This document shows, in pieces, positions 1-9,592 of a DNA stretch of 64,000 nucleotides; within the stretch, counting starts at the first letter, position 1, and the number at the start of each line of letters is the position of its first letter. The position numbers were made by a program, and so were the translations under genes. The notes below the pieces were generated by a model. That model saw only the letters and a program-made list of their open reading frames with translations. It was not told the DNA's origin and ran no database searches. The DNA lies in contig CAVPCR010000004.1 in assembly GCA_963702435.1 (NCBI GenBank), positions 160,001 to 224,000 of the forward strand, in the 5' to 3' direction. Origin of the DNA: Candidatus Eiseniibacteriota bacterium (GTDB lineage Bacteria; Eisenbacteria; RBG-16-71-46; CAVPCR01).

Positions 1-1
1 G

Positions 2-1063
2 CGCGCGCATGGCGCCGATCCTCATCTCGGGCGGCGGCTCGATGTCCTCTATCGCCGCTCGGGCATCGAGCAGCGACACAGCTGCCTCGAGGACTACGGG
101 CGCGATCCGGCCGCGTTCACCTTCTACCCGCCGGACTGGCAGGGGCCGCTGCCCTCGACCGCCCGGCGCATGGCCGCCTACCGCGAGGCGGCGCTCCCGC
201 TCGCGCGCGCGGCCGCCGAGCGCGCGCTCGCCCGCCGGCCGGGCCTCGCGCCGGAAGCGGTGACGCATCTCATCGTCACGAGCTGCACCGGGTTCTACTC
301 GCCGGGGCTCGATGTAGACCTGGTGACGGCGCTCGGTCTCTCGCCGCAGGTGGCTCGCACCCTCGTCGGTTTCCAGGGCTGCCATGCCGGCGTGTCGAGC
401 CTCCGCCTGGCCGACGCGATTTCTTGCGGCGACCCGCAAGCGATTGTCCTGGTCGTGTGCGTCGAGCTTTGCACGCTGCATTTCCAGATCGAGCCGAGCG
501 ACGACAATCTACTCGCGAACTCGCTCTTCGCGGACGGGGCCGCGGCGGCGGTGGTGGCTGCGGACTCGCGTGAGGGCGCGCGCGACGCCTGGCAAGACGG
601 CGGGCTCCGCTTCACGATCGAGCGCGCGGGCTCCTGGCTCGCTGCCGGCACCGAGCGCGAGATGGCGTGGACCATCGGCGATCGCGGTTTCCAGATGGGA
701 TTGAGCGCGCTCGTGCCGCGGATCCTCGGGGTCGAGGTGGGCGGCTTTCTCGACGGGGCGCTCGGGATCGCGCCGGACGCTCTCGCCGCGCTCGACTTCG
801 CCGCCGTGCATCCGGGCGGGCCGGCCATTCTCGACCAGGTCGAGCGCGCCCTGGGGCTGCCTCCGCGGCTTCTGGCGCCGTCGCGTTGCGTGCTCGCGGA
901 CTACGGGAACATGTCGTCGCCGACCATCCTCTTCGTGCTCGAGCGGATCGCGGCGGAACGGGCGGCGGCCGCGGATGCGGTGCGGGACGCGCGGGGCCTC
1001 GCCCTCGCCTTCGGCCCCGGGCTCACGCTCGAGGCGGCGGTGCTCACCGCGCATGGTGATTGA
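2..1063 (+). CDS. Type III polyketide synthase (chalcone/stilbene synthase family), 5' end outside window
   Basis: Frame open from base 2 (LYRRSGIEQRHSC). Catalytic motifs GFQGCHAG (Cys), HPGG (His), YGNMSS (Asn); also SCTG, ELCTLH, LFADGA, FGPGLT. Confidence 0.95.
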   Translation, partial: RAHGADPHLGRRLDVLYRRSGIEQRHSCLEDYGRDPAAFTFYPPDWQGPLPSTARRMAAYREAALPLARAAAERALARRPGLAPEAVTHLIVTSCTGFYSPGLDVDLVTALGLSPQVARTLVGFQGCHAGVSSLRLADAISCGDPQAIVLVVCVELCTLHFQIEPSDDNLLANSLFADGAAAAVVAADSREGARDAWQDGGLRFTIERAGSWLAAGTEREMAWTIGDRGFQMGLSALVPRILGVEVGGFLDGALGIAPDALAALDFAAVHPGGPAILDQVERALGLPPRLLAPSRCVLADYGNMSSPTILFVLERIAAERAAAADAVRDARGLALAFGPGLTLEAAVLTAHGD

Positions 1064-1096
1064 GGGCTCCGATTCGGCGGGCTGCCGACATCCATA

Positions 1097-1828
1097 ATGA
1101 CCGGGCGCTGTCACGATCCCGAGCTGATGGACGATCCTGCGATCCGCGGACCGGAGGTGGATCTCGCCCTCCGCGAGATCGCGATCGTCAACCGCTACCT
1201 CGGCGGTGTGGCCACCACGCTCGCCGGGCTCGCGCCGCGGCTCCGCGGCCGCCTGGAGCCGGTGCGCCTCCTCGATGTGGGGACCGGCGGCGGCGATCTG
1301 CCGGTCGCGATCGCAGAGCTCGGGCGGCGCCTCGGTGTTCCGCTCGAGATCGTGGCCGTCGATCGCGGTGCGGACGCCTGCCGGCGGGCGCGGGCGGCGG
1401 CGCACGACTACCCGGAGATCGCGGTCGTTCGCGCCGACGTGTTCGCGCTCCCGTTCCCGCCGCGGAGTTTCCATCTCGCGCACTGCGCCATGTTCCTCCA
1501 TCACTTCACGCAGGAGGAGAGCGCGCGCATCCTCGCAGCGCTCGGCAGCTTCGTGCGCGAGGGGATCGTGGTCAACGATCTGCATCGCCACCCGGTGGCC
1601 TACCACGCGATCCGCATCTTGACCCGGCTCTTCTCGCAGAGCCGGCTCGTCCGGAACGACGCGCCGCTCTCGGTGCGCCGCGCCTTCCGCGGCGCCGATC
1701 TCGACGACCTCCGCGCGCGGTGCGTCTTCCCGCGCTTCCGCTACCGGTGGCGGTGGGCGTTCCGCTACCTGTGCGAGATCGACGTGAGCGACATGAAGGG
1801 CGTGGACGGCGGCGGGAGAACGGAATGA
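1097..1828 (+). CDS. Class I SAM-dependent methyltransferase (T3PKS-associated)
   Basis: ELMDDP N-terminus, LLDVGTGGGD SAM motif, FLHHF, VNDLHR, DAPLSVRRAF. Confidence 0.9.
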   Translation: MTGRCHDPELMDDPAIRGPEVDLALREIAIVNRYLGGVATTLAGLAPRLRGRLEPVRLLDVGTGGGDLPVAIAELGRRLGVPLEIVAVDRGADACRRARAAAHDYPEIAVVRADVFALPFPPRSFHLAHCAMFLHHFTQEESARILAALGSFVREGIVVNDLHRHPVAYHAIRILTRLFSQSRLVRNDAPLSVRRAFRGADLDDLRARCVFPRFRYRWRWAFRYLCEIDVSDMKGVDGGGRTE

Positions 1829-3009
1829 CGGGACCTGTGGACCTGGCCGTCCTCGGCGCCGGCCCGGCCGGCAGCGCGCTCGCGCTCCGGCTCGCCCGCC
1901 GGGGATTCCGGGTCGTCGCCGTGGAGCAGCGGGCGGTGCCGGCGCCGAAGCTCTGCGGCGAGTTCCTCTCGGCAGAGGCGGTGGCGCGACTCGCGGAGCT
2001 CGATCTCCTCGCGGGCTTGAGCCCGCAGGCGGCGCCTGCCGAGATTCGCGCCGTGCGGCTCACGGCGCCCCGCGCCCCGGAGGTCGTGCATCGTCTCGAG
2101 CCGGCCTCGCTCGGTCTGAGCCGGCTCGCTTTCGATGCGGCACTCGCGCGCGCAGCGGCGGCGGCGGGCGCCGAGATCCGGCCCCGCTGGCGCGCGATCG
2201 CCGTCACCCGGCGCGACGCGGTCCTCGCGATCCGCGGCGTGACGGCGAGCGGGGTGCACGAGGAGATCGTCGCCCGTTCGGTGGTCGGCGCATTCGGGAA
2301 GGCAGAGCGCCTGGGCGACCCGGGCCGCGGCGCGGCCGAGGAGGACGGCGGGCGCTTCATCGCGTGGAAGGCGCACCACACGGGGGCGAGTCCGCGCGAG
2401 ACGGTCGAGCTCCACGCCTTCGCCGGCGGCTACGTGGGCGTGGGTCCGATCGAGGGCGCTGGCGTCAACGTGTGCGGGATCGCCACGCGAACCGCTTTCG
2501 AGCGCGCGGGATCGTCGGTCGTAGCGCTCGCCGCCGCCGCCGCGCGCGAGAATCCCGCGCTCGCGGCGCGGCTTGCCGGGCTCGAGCGGCGCGAGCCCGA
2601 TCTGACCGCCGCCGCGATCCCCTTCCGCCGCCGCTGCCCGACGGCCGGCGATCTCCTCCTCGTCGGCGACGCGGCTGCAATCATCGCACCCCTGTGCGGG
2701 GACGGGATCGGGATGGCGCTCAGCGGGGCGGCGCTCGCCGAGCCGCTGCTCGCGCTGCATCTCGAGGGGCGGCTGTCGCGCGCGGCGATGCTCGCCGAGT
2801 ACGCGGGGCGCTGGCGGCGCGCGTTCTCCCGGCAGCTCGCGATCGGGAGCGGACTCCAGCGCCTGCTCCTCGCGCCGGCGGGTGCGGCGTGGGCGCTCCG
2901 CCTGGGCTCGATTGCGCCGCCGCTCGTCGGCTGGCTCGTCAGGAATACACGGGATGCCGCGCTCAGCGCGGGCGCGGCTTCTTGCGCGCAGGGGGGGGCT
3001 GGCCGATGA
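1825..3009 (+). CDS. NAD(P)/FAD-dependent oxidoreductase (geranylgeranyl reductase/monooxygenase-like)
   Basis: ATGA overlap with the methyltransferase; GAGPAG Rossmann motif, KLCGEFLS, VGDAA..IAPLCGDGIGMA. Confidence 0.9.
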   Translation: MTGPVDLAVLGAGPAGSALALRLARRGFRVVAVEQRAVPAPKLCGEFLSAEAVARLAELDLLAGLSPQAAPAEIRAVRLTAPRAPEVVHRLEPASLGLSRLAFDAALARAAAAAGAEIRPRWRAIAVTRRDAVLAIRGVTASGVHEEIVARSVVGAFGKAERLGDPGRGAAEEDGGRFIAWKAHHTGASPRETVELHAFAGGYVGVGPIEGAGVNVCGIATRTAFERAGSSVVALAAAAARENPALAARLAGLERREPDLTAAAIPFRRRCPTAGDLLLVGDAAAIIAPLCGDGIGMALSGAALAEPLLALHLEGRLSRAAMLAEYAGRWRRAFSRQLAIGSGLQRLLLAPAGAAWALRLGSIAPPLVGWLVRNTRDAALSAGAASCAQGGAGR

Positions 3010-3463
3010 GCTTGCGCGCGGGGGGTGCGGCGGCGCGCGGTGCGCGCTTCGCGCTCGCGAGCGCCTTCTTGTCGCCGAGGATCTGCGCAGTCCGGTGCGG
3101 ATCGGCGACGCGCACGTAGAGGGTGGCCACGCGGCCGGCCTGGCCCGCGCTGCCATAGGCGTACTCGATGCTGATGTGGTGCGCGGCGAGCTGGCGGGCG
3201 AGGCGAAGGAGCCCGGCGGGGCGGTTGGCGAGCTTGACCGCCACCACGTCCGAGCGCGTGACGAGGAAGCCGCGATCGGCGAGGACGTCCAGCCCCCGCG
3301 CCGGATCATCGGTGATGAGCCGCACGACGCCGTGCTCGGTCTCGCCGTGGGCCGAGAATCCCTCGATGTTGATGTTGTGCGAGCCGAGCGCGTCGCAGAT
3401 GCGGGTGAGGATGCCGGGGCTGTTCTCGATGACGACGGACAGCTGGGTCTTGACCCGGATCAT
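2963..3463 (-). CDS. Tandem ACT-domain protein
   Basis: QLSVVIENSPGIL..NINIE and LANRPAGL..ISIEYAY ACT repeats; basic tail overlaps the convergent gene. Confidence 0.88.
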   Translation of the reverse strand: MIRVKTQLSVVIENSPGILTRICDALGSHNINIEGFSAHGETEHGVVRLITDDPARGLDVLADRGFLVTRSDVVAVKLANRPAGLLRLARQLAAHHISIEYAYGSAGQAGRVATLYVRVADPHRTAQILGDKKALASAKRAPRAAAPPARKLIGQPPPARKKPRPR

Positions 3464-3780
3464 GGGAGCCTCCGTGGCCGGCGGCCCGAAGCGGCCTGTG
3501 CTCTCGGGAGCGGTCGGGACGCGACGCCGGAAGTGTAAGCGCTCGGTCGCGCGGTGACCATGCCGAGCCGCGGCGTCAAGGCGGCTCAGGAGAGCCGCGG
3601 TCTTCGGCGGCGCCGGCCAGGATCGGGCTCCCCCGGCCGGGGGTCCTCTCGGGTCGACTCGATCCGCATGGTAGGCTCCCCGGCATCGCCAGCCCCCCGG
3701 GCCCCACGGCCCTGGGGGACCGTGGACAGACCGGAACGCAGTGACGAAGTCGTGACTCTTCGCCAGCTGAGGGAGATTGC

Positions 3781-4606
3781 ATGAGACCCATCCTGATGGC
3801 GCTGGCGGCCGTGGCCCTGCTGGCCGGCGCCGCCCACGCCGACACCACCATCAACTACGAGTTCCGGGACTTCGAAGACGCGGAGACCGCGCAGGTCACG
3901 CCCGGCGCCTACCAGATCTCGGGGCAGAACGTCGCCGCCAGCTTCCTGGCTTCCGGCGACCAGCCAGGGTCGCCTGGTCTTCCTCGGCGACCAGGAGATC
4001 CTCTGGATCATCAACGACGGCGACAAGAGCTACATGCAGCTCGACCGGAAGACGCTGGCCGCATTCGCCGAGCAGATGAAGACGGCGAAGGCCAACCTCG
4101 ATGCACAGCTGTCCACGCTCCCAGCCGACCAGCGGGCGATGGTCGAACAGAGCATGAAGGGGATGCTGGGAGACGGGGCAGAGCTGCCAGCGATGGAGTA
4201 CCGCGCGACTCAGGAGAAGAAGACCATCGGCGGCTTCAACTGCCAGCGCCACGACATCCTGGAAGAGGGCGTGAAATCGGGCGAGATCTGGGCCGCGCCC
4301 TATTCGGCTGTCGAGCTCGAACCGACCGACGTGCAGGCCATCACGGGCATGATCGACTTCTTCATGGAGTACCTCGATGCGATGAGCGGCCTGCTGCCCG
4401 GTCTCCAGAACGCCCGCCGGGAGGTGGCCTCCTTCAACAAGGCGGTCGACGGCTTCCCGGTGCTCAGTCGCACCATGGATGGCGACAAGGTCGAGAGCGA
4501 GATGGAGCTCAAGTCGGTGAGCCATGACCAGCTGCCGGCCGCGGTCTTCGCGCTCCCCGCCGGCTACAAGCAGCAGGCCATGCCGCAGATGCCGGAGTCG
4601 AAGTAG
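3781..4606 (+). pseudogene. Secreted DUF4412-like protein split by a +1 frameshift near 3960
   Basis: Signal peptide in frame 3781; continuation GRLVFLGDQEILWIINDGDKSYMQLD..KTIGGFNC..GEIW..GFPV..FALPAGYK in frame 4034; CCAG duplicated at 3960-3967. Confidence 0.75.
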
Positions 4607-4662
4607 AGGCCGTGGCGCGTTCCGTTGCGCCGGTTGCGCCCGTTGCGCCCGAGGAGGTCGGA

Positions 4663-5556
4663 TTGACTCGTTCAAAGCGATGCGTCGCCGCCGCCTTTTC
4701 GATCGGATGCATGCTCGCGGCCCTGATCGGCTGCGGGAGTCCGGGGGATCGCGCCGGCGACGAGACGCGCCCGGCCGCCGGCGCGGACTCGACGGCTGCC
4801 GCGCCGGCCCCGGCCTTCGATCCCGCGGGATCGGATCCGCGGGCGGTCGAGGTCGCTGATCGCGTGATGGCCGGCCTCGGCGGCGAGGCGGCCTGGGCCG
4901 GGACGCGGAGCCTCGTGTTCACCTTCGCCGTCGCCCGCGGCGACACCGAGCTCACGCGGCGCGCGCACTACTGGGATCGCACGACCGGCCGCCATCGCGT
5001 CGAGTACAGGGATCGCGACCAGCGCTCCTTCGTCGTCATCCACACGATCGGGGACACGACCCTGAGCGCGGTCCAGGCCGCTGTCGGTGGCACGCCCATC
5101 TCCGATCGCGACGAGCTGCGAGGATTGCAGGAAGTTGCTCATGCCATGTGGGTGAACGACGGCTACTGGCTCCTCATGCCGTACAAGCTCAAGGATCCCG
5201 GCGTCCATCTCGCCCACGAGGGCGAGAAGGGCGAGGACGGCCGCACGTGGGAGGTGATCCGCCTGTCCTTCGATCAGGTGGGGCTCACCCCCGGGGACCA
5301 GTACTGGGCCTACGTGAACCGCGCGACGGGGCTCATGGAACGATGGGCCTTCCGCCTCGAGAGCATGCCGCCCGACGCCGAACCCAAGGCGTTCGACTGG
5401 ATGAACTGGCGGCAGTACGGCGGGATCCTGCTCGCGGATGCGAAGGTCGCGGTGGGCGGGAACCAGCGGATCTTCTACCCGGTTCTCGCGGTCGCCGGCG
5501 AGCTGCCGGTGGGGACATTCACGTCCACCGCACCGGTCGTGCTCCCGGCCCTGTGA
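4663..5556 (+). CDS. Conserved hypothetical lipoprotein (DUF6503-like)
   Basis: GAGGAGG then TTG start; lipobox LIGC; LGGEAAW, WVNDGYWLLMPYKLKDPGV, GLTPGDQYW. Confidence 0.75.
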   Translation: MTRSKRCVAAAFSIGCMLAALIGCGSPGDRAGDETRPAAGADSTAAAPAPAFDPAGSDPRAVEVADRVMAGLGGEAAWAGTRSLVFTFAVARGDTELTRRAHYWDRTTGRHRVEYRDRDQRSFVVIHTIGDTTLSAVQAAVGGTPISDRDELRGLQEVAHAMWVNDGYWLLMPYKLKDPGVHLAHEGEKGEDGRTWEVIRLSFDQVGLTPGDQYWAYVNRATGLMERWAFRLESMPPDAEPKAFDWMNWRQYGGILLADAKVAVGGNQRIFYPVLAVAGELPVGTFTSTAPVVLPAL

Positions 5557-5709
5557 TCGCGCTCGGATCGCCGGGTCCGGATCGCGGGCCGCCTGGCTCG
5601 GCCCGGAGCTGGAGGGCCGGGTCTCACGGTCTTCCCGGCGGGCCGGCGAGCGCGTGACACGGCCGGAGGCAGGGGGAAGCAGGGGCGCCGGAGCATCGCG
5701 CCTGGTCCC

Positions 5710-6144
5710 TCACCGCGCCTGCGCCAGCATCCACACCACGAGCGCGCTCCGCAGGGTCCAGGCCGCGGTCCGCACCCAGTTCGTGGCCACCAGCCGCCGA
5801 TGGGCGCGCGCGTCGAATCCTCTGGCGAGCGCGTGGTGCTGGGGCACCTGGAGAAACGCGGTCGAAACCCAGATCACGCCGACGAGCCCCGCTCCGACCC
5901 AGGGCACGAGGGAGGGTATCCCCGGCGGAGGCTGCGCAACCAGCATGGCCGCCGCTCCCGCCTCCACCAGCATGGGCGGCGCAACCACCCAGGTGATCCG
6001 GCGCGCGTGCCGTCGTTCGTAGCGCGGGAAGCGCTCCGCCCCGACCTCGGCCATGAGCGGGTAGTGGACCGCCTGCACGATCCAGATCGCCCCCGTCATG
6101 AAGAGCGTCGCCGCGGCTTGGCCGAGGAGCAGCGCGTGAATCAT
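5710..6144 (-). CDS. Conserved membrane protein (4 TM)
   Basis: ATGA overlap with upstream gene; MTGAIWIVQAVHYP, QVPQH, LVATNWVRT. Confidence 0.8.
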   Translation of the reverse strand: MIHALLLGQAAATLFMTGAIWIVQAVHYPLMAEVGAERFPRYERRHARRITWVVAPPMLVEAGAAAMLVAQPPPGIPSLVPWVGAGLVGVIWVSTAFLQVPQHHALARGFDARAHRRLVATNWVRTAAWTLRSALVVWMLAQAR

Positions 6145-7400
6145 GGGGCGAGCGACTCCGCCACCGCCTCCGCCGCGCGCCGTCCGCTCGAGAGGGCCCC
6201 CTGCAGGGAGCCCGTGTCGCGGCAGTCGCCACAGACGAAGAGCCACCGGTGCACGCGCGCCGGGCGCTCGACCGGGTCCAGGCACTCGGGGCGCTGATCG
6301 GGGAGCGCGTAGGCGATCCGGTACGTGCGCAGGTGGCGCCAGGCCTCGACCTGGGGGCCGAACCACCGTCCGAGCTGCGCGCGCACCGCCCGCTCGAGAT
6401 CCGCGTCGCTCGCGGCCGGGAGACCGAGCACGCTCGCCGAGACGAGGGACTTCCCCTCCGGGGCATACTCGGGCGCGACCGCGCTCGGCACGCACAGGTT
6501 GTTGACGGGCCCCGTTCCCTCGCCGTCGAGGACCAGGATCGGCTCGCGAAGCGGTGCGCGGTCGGCCGCGAAGTAGAGGCAGGTCACGCCGCGCCCCTCC
6601 GGCGGGGGCGGATCGCCGACGAGGCGCGCGGCCTCGGGGCCTTCCACCGCCACCACCGTCGCCCGCGCGGGGACGCGCTCCCCGGTCGAGAGCGTGACTT
6701 CCCCGTCGTCGACGGCCTCGACACGCGCCCCGTAGCGCACCGTCTCCCCGGGAAGCCGATCGACGAGCGCCGTGGCCAAGCTCCCCATGCCTGCCGTTGG
6801 GAGCGCGGCCGGCCCCTCGGCGAACATGCGGAAGACGAACTCGAACATGCGGCTCGACGTGACGAGCTCGCGCTCGAGGAAGATGCCTCCCAGGAACGGG
6901 CGGAAGAACCGCGTGAGGAGCGACCCGGAGATCCCCGCCTCGAGCAGATGCTCCAGGGTCGTTCGCGCCGGCCGCTCGCGCAGCTCGGCCAGCGAACCTT
7001 GTCTCGCCCTGTTGCGAAGCGCCAGCACGCGCAGCTTCTCCGCGGTCGAGCCCACCGGCGAGAAGAGCGTGGCCACCGCCTGCCAGGGGCGGCGCCAGGG
7101 GTCGCTCACGCGGTGGAACCGGCCGCCCGCGAAGACGAGGGCCCCCGGCGCGAAGCGCCGCAGGCGGAGGGCCTTGTAGTCGAAGCACCGCCGCGCCTCC
7201 GGATACGCGGTGAGGAGCACCTGGAAGCCGCGGTCGAGCCGGTACCCCTCCATCGAATCGGTGCGCACCCGCCCGCCCGGCCGGTCCGCGGTCTCGAGGA
7301 CGAGCGGGCGCAGTCCGCGCTCCCGCAGGCGAAGCGCGCAGGAGAGCCCGGCCATGCCCGCCCCCACGACGACCACGTCATGCTGCGACGGTTCGCGCAT
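6141..7400 (-). CDS. FAD-dependent amine oxidase/phytoene-dehydrogenase-like oxidoreductase
   Basis: VVVVGAGMAGL, GGRVRTD..GYRLDRGFQV, CGD..SLQGALSSGRRAA. Confidence 0.9.
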   Translation of the reverse strand: MREPSQHDVVVVGAGMAGLSCALRLRERGLRPLVLETADRPGGRVRTDSMEGYRLDRGFQVLLTAYPEARRCFDYKALRLRRFAPGALVFAGGRFHRVSDPWRRPWQAVATLFSPVGSTAEKLRVLALRNRARQGSLAELRERPARTTLEHLLEAGISGSLLTRFFRPFLGGIFLERELVTSSRMFEFVFRMFAEGPAALPTAGMGSLATALVDRLPGETVRYGARVEAVDDGEVTLSTGERVPARATVVAVEGPEAARLVGDPPPPEGRGVTCLYFAADRAPLREPILVLDGEGTGPVNNLCVPSAVAPEYAPEGKSLVSASVLGLPAASDADLERAVRAQLGRWFGPQVEAWRHLRTYRIAYALPDQRPECLDPVERPARVHRWLFVCGDCRDTGSLQGALSSGRRAAEAVAESLAP

Positions 7401-7407
7401 GGGCTGG

Positions 7408-8145
7408 CTACCCGCGTGAGCGCAGCGTGCCGAGACCGCCGTCCACGCCCATGACCTGCCCGGTCACCCAACCGTGCGCGGGATCGAGGAGCCACACGAT
7501 GAGCGAGGCCACGTCCGACGGCTCTCCGATCCGGCCGAGCGGGTGCATGGCGGTGGACGCCTTGAGCGCGGCCTCGTTCGCGGTGACCCGCTCGGCCAGG
7601 TGCGTCCGCACGAGCCCCGGCGCCACCACGTTCACGCGGATGCGCCGGTAGGCGTACGATGCGGCGGCGGCCAGAGCGAGCCCCTGCACGCCCCCCTTCG
7701 CGGCCGCGATCGCCTCGTGGTTGGCAAGACCGATCCGTGCGGCGGCGGTCGAGACGAGCACGATCGCGCCCCCGTCCTTCATCATCGCCCGCGCTCCCGC
7801 CCGTACCGCGGCGAAGGCGGAGGTGAGGTTCACCTCGAGCGTCTCTTGCCACTCGGCGTCGGTCGTCAGGTGCGCCGGCTTGAGCAGGAGCGTGCCGAAG
7901 CAGTTCACGAGCCCGTCGAGGCGCCCGTGGACTTCGACCGCGCGGGAAACCGTCGCCTCCACCTGGGCCACATCGCGCGCTTCCACCTCGACCGGGGTCG
8001 CGCCCAGCGATCGGGCGAGGGGTTCGAGCCGCTCCGGGTCGCGCCCCCCGAGGACGAGCCGCCATCCGGCGGCGGCCAGACGGCGGGCGGTCTCCCCGCC
8101 GATACCGCCCGTGGCCCCCAGCACCACTCCCACCGGTGATTCCAT
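7408..8145 (-). CDS. SDR-family oxidoreductase
   Basis: GATGGIG, NHEAIAAAK, RVNVVAPGLVRT, HPLGRIGEP, VTGQVMGVDGG. Confidence 0.9.
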   Translation of the reverse strand: MESPVGVVLGATGGIGGETARRLAAAGWRLVLGGRDPERLEPLARSLGATPVEVEARDVAQVEATVSRAVEVHGRLDGLVNCFGTLLLKPAHLTTDAEWQETLEVNLTSAFAAVRAGARAMMKDGGAIVLVSTAAARIGLANHEAIAAAKGGVQGLALAAAASYAYRRIRVNVVAPGLVRTHLAERVTANEAALKASTAMHPLGRIGEPSDVASLIVWLLDPAHGWVTGQVMGVDGGLGTLRSRG

Positions 8146-8191
8146 GTCACTCACTGATCTTCTCCCATTCTTGCGTTCGATCTCGTTCGAT

Positions 8192-9592
8192 CTACTGACT
8201 TCCATTTGCACTTGCGTTCGATCTACCGATCTCCATCCGCAGCGCCTCGTCCAGATCCGGGTGCCGGTGCCGGAATCCCACCTCGAGGAGGCGCCGGGGC
8301 TCGACGCGCGCCCCTCCCAGCACGAGCGCTTCCCCCATCTCGCCAGCCAAGGCCCGCACGACTGTCGCGGGAACGCGCGCCCAGGCCGGACGACCCAGCG
8401 CGCGCCCGAGGACGCGCGCGAACTCGGCCTGCCGGAGGGGCCGAGGCGCGACCGCGTTCACCGGGCCCGAGAGCGTCTCATCGAAGATCACATGGTGGAG
8501 GATCCCCACGAGATCATCCAGGGCGATCCAGCTCATCCACTGCCTCCCGTTCCCCAAGGCGCCTCCCAGGCCCATCCGATAGACGGGGAGGATGCGCTCG
8601 AGCATGCCCCCCCGCGCCGAGAGCACGACCCCGATGCGCGCGCGCACGGTCCGGATCCCCGCTGCCTCCGCCGGCCCGGCGGCGTCCTCCCACAGGCGTC
8701 CCACCTCCGCCAGGAAGTCGTGTCCCGCGTCGCTCCCCTCGTTGAGGACCTCGTCGCCGCGGTCGCCGTAGATGCCGACGGCGGAGGCGCACACGAGGAC
8801 GCGCGGCTTTCGCGCGAGGTCGGCGAGGGTGCGAGCGAGGAGCAGGGTGCCCTCCACCCGGCTCCGGCGAATCGCTTCCTTGCGCGGCGAGGTCCACCGG
8901 CCGCCGCCCACATTCTCCCCCGCGAGGTGCACCACGGCGTCGACCCCCTCGAGCGCGGCGGCATCGATGGTGCCGCGCTCGGGGTCCCAGAAGACGCCCC
9001 GCTCCCCGTCGCGGAGAGGACGGCGGACGAGGGGAAGCACCGTGTCGCCTCCGGTGGTCAGGAACGCGCGCAGCGCCGAACCCACGAGGCCGCTCGCCCC
9101 GGTCACCGCCACCGTGAGCGGTCCTTGCCCCGCGCGTGCGCGATGGCGTTCGAGATCGGTCCGGGTGCGAAGGTGGCGGAACGCGAACATCTGCTCCAGC
9201 GTCCGGCGAACGCTCTGGCCTCCGGCGAACGCGCCGAGGGCGCCCAGGGGGAGCGCGTAGTCGATCTCATCCTCGAGCGTGCTCTCCCCGCCGGGGCCGG
9301 GCAGGAAGCGGTGGGTGTGCACCCATCGCGCGAAGGGTCCGCGCACCTGCTCGTCCACGAACTGACGGCCGGGAAGGACGTCGCGATGGCGCGCCTCCCA
9401 GGTCAACGTGATCGGGCCGCGACGGAGCTTGAGAAGGACCCGCGAGCCCTCGGCGACGCCAGGGTGTCCTCCCTCCACCGAGACGCGGTCCCAGGGAGGG
9501 GTCAGCCGCTCGAACGCGCCGGGCCTGAGATGCCAGGCGGCGAGCTCCTCCGCGGGCGCCGGCATCGTGGCTCGCAGGATGAATCGAGGCAT
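8192..9592 (-). CDS. SRPBCC domain fused to TIGR01777/YfcH-like epimerase (DUF1731)
   Basis: PGAFERLTPPW and FVDEQVRGPFARWVHTHRF, then TGASGLVG, HLAGEN, SAVGIYGD, GNGRQWMSWI. Confidence 0.92.
   Translation of the reverse strand: MPRFILRATMPAPAEELAAWHLRPGAFERLTPPWDRVSVEGGHPGVAEGSRVLLKLRRGPITLTWEARHRDVLPGRQFVDEQVRGPFARWVHTHRFLPGPGGESTLEDEIDYALPLGALGAFAGGQSVRRTLEQMFAFRHLRTRTDLERHRARAGQGPLTVAVTGASGLVGSALRAFLTTGGDTVLPLVRRPLRDGERGVFWDPERGTIDAAALEGVDAVVHLAGENVGGGRWTSPRKEAIRRSRVEGTLLLARTLADLARKPRVLVCASAVGIYGDRGDEVLNEGSDAGHDFLAEVGRLWEDAAGPAEAAGIRTVRARIGVVLSARGGMLERILPVYRMGLGGALGNGRQWMSWIALDDLVGILHHVIFDETLSGPVNAVAPRPLRQAEFARVLGRALGRPAWARVPATVVRALAGEMGEALVLGGARVEPRRLLEVGFRHRHPDLDEALRMEIGRSNASANGSQ

Noticed and set aside
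1061..1099. TGA readthrough fusing PKS and methyltransferase (same frame)
   Set aside because: The PKS ends at the normal family C-terminus and the MTase has its own ATG; a shared frame is a 1-in-3 coincidence.
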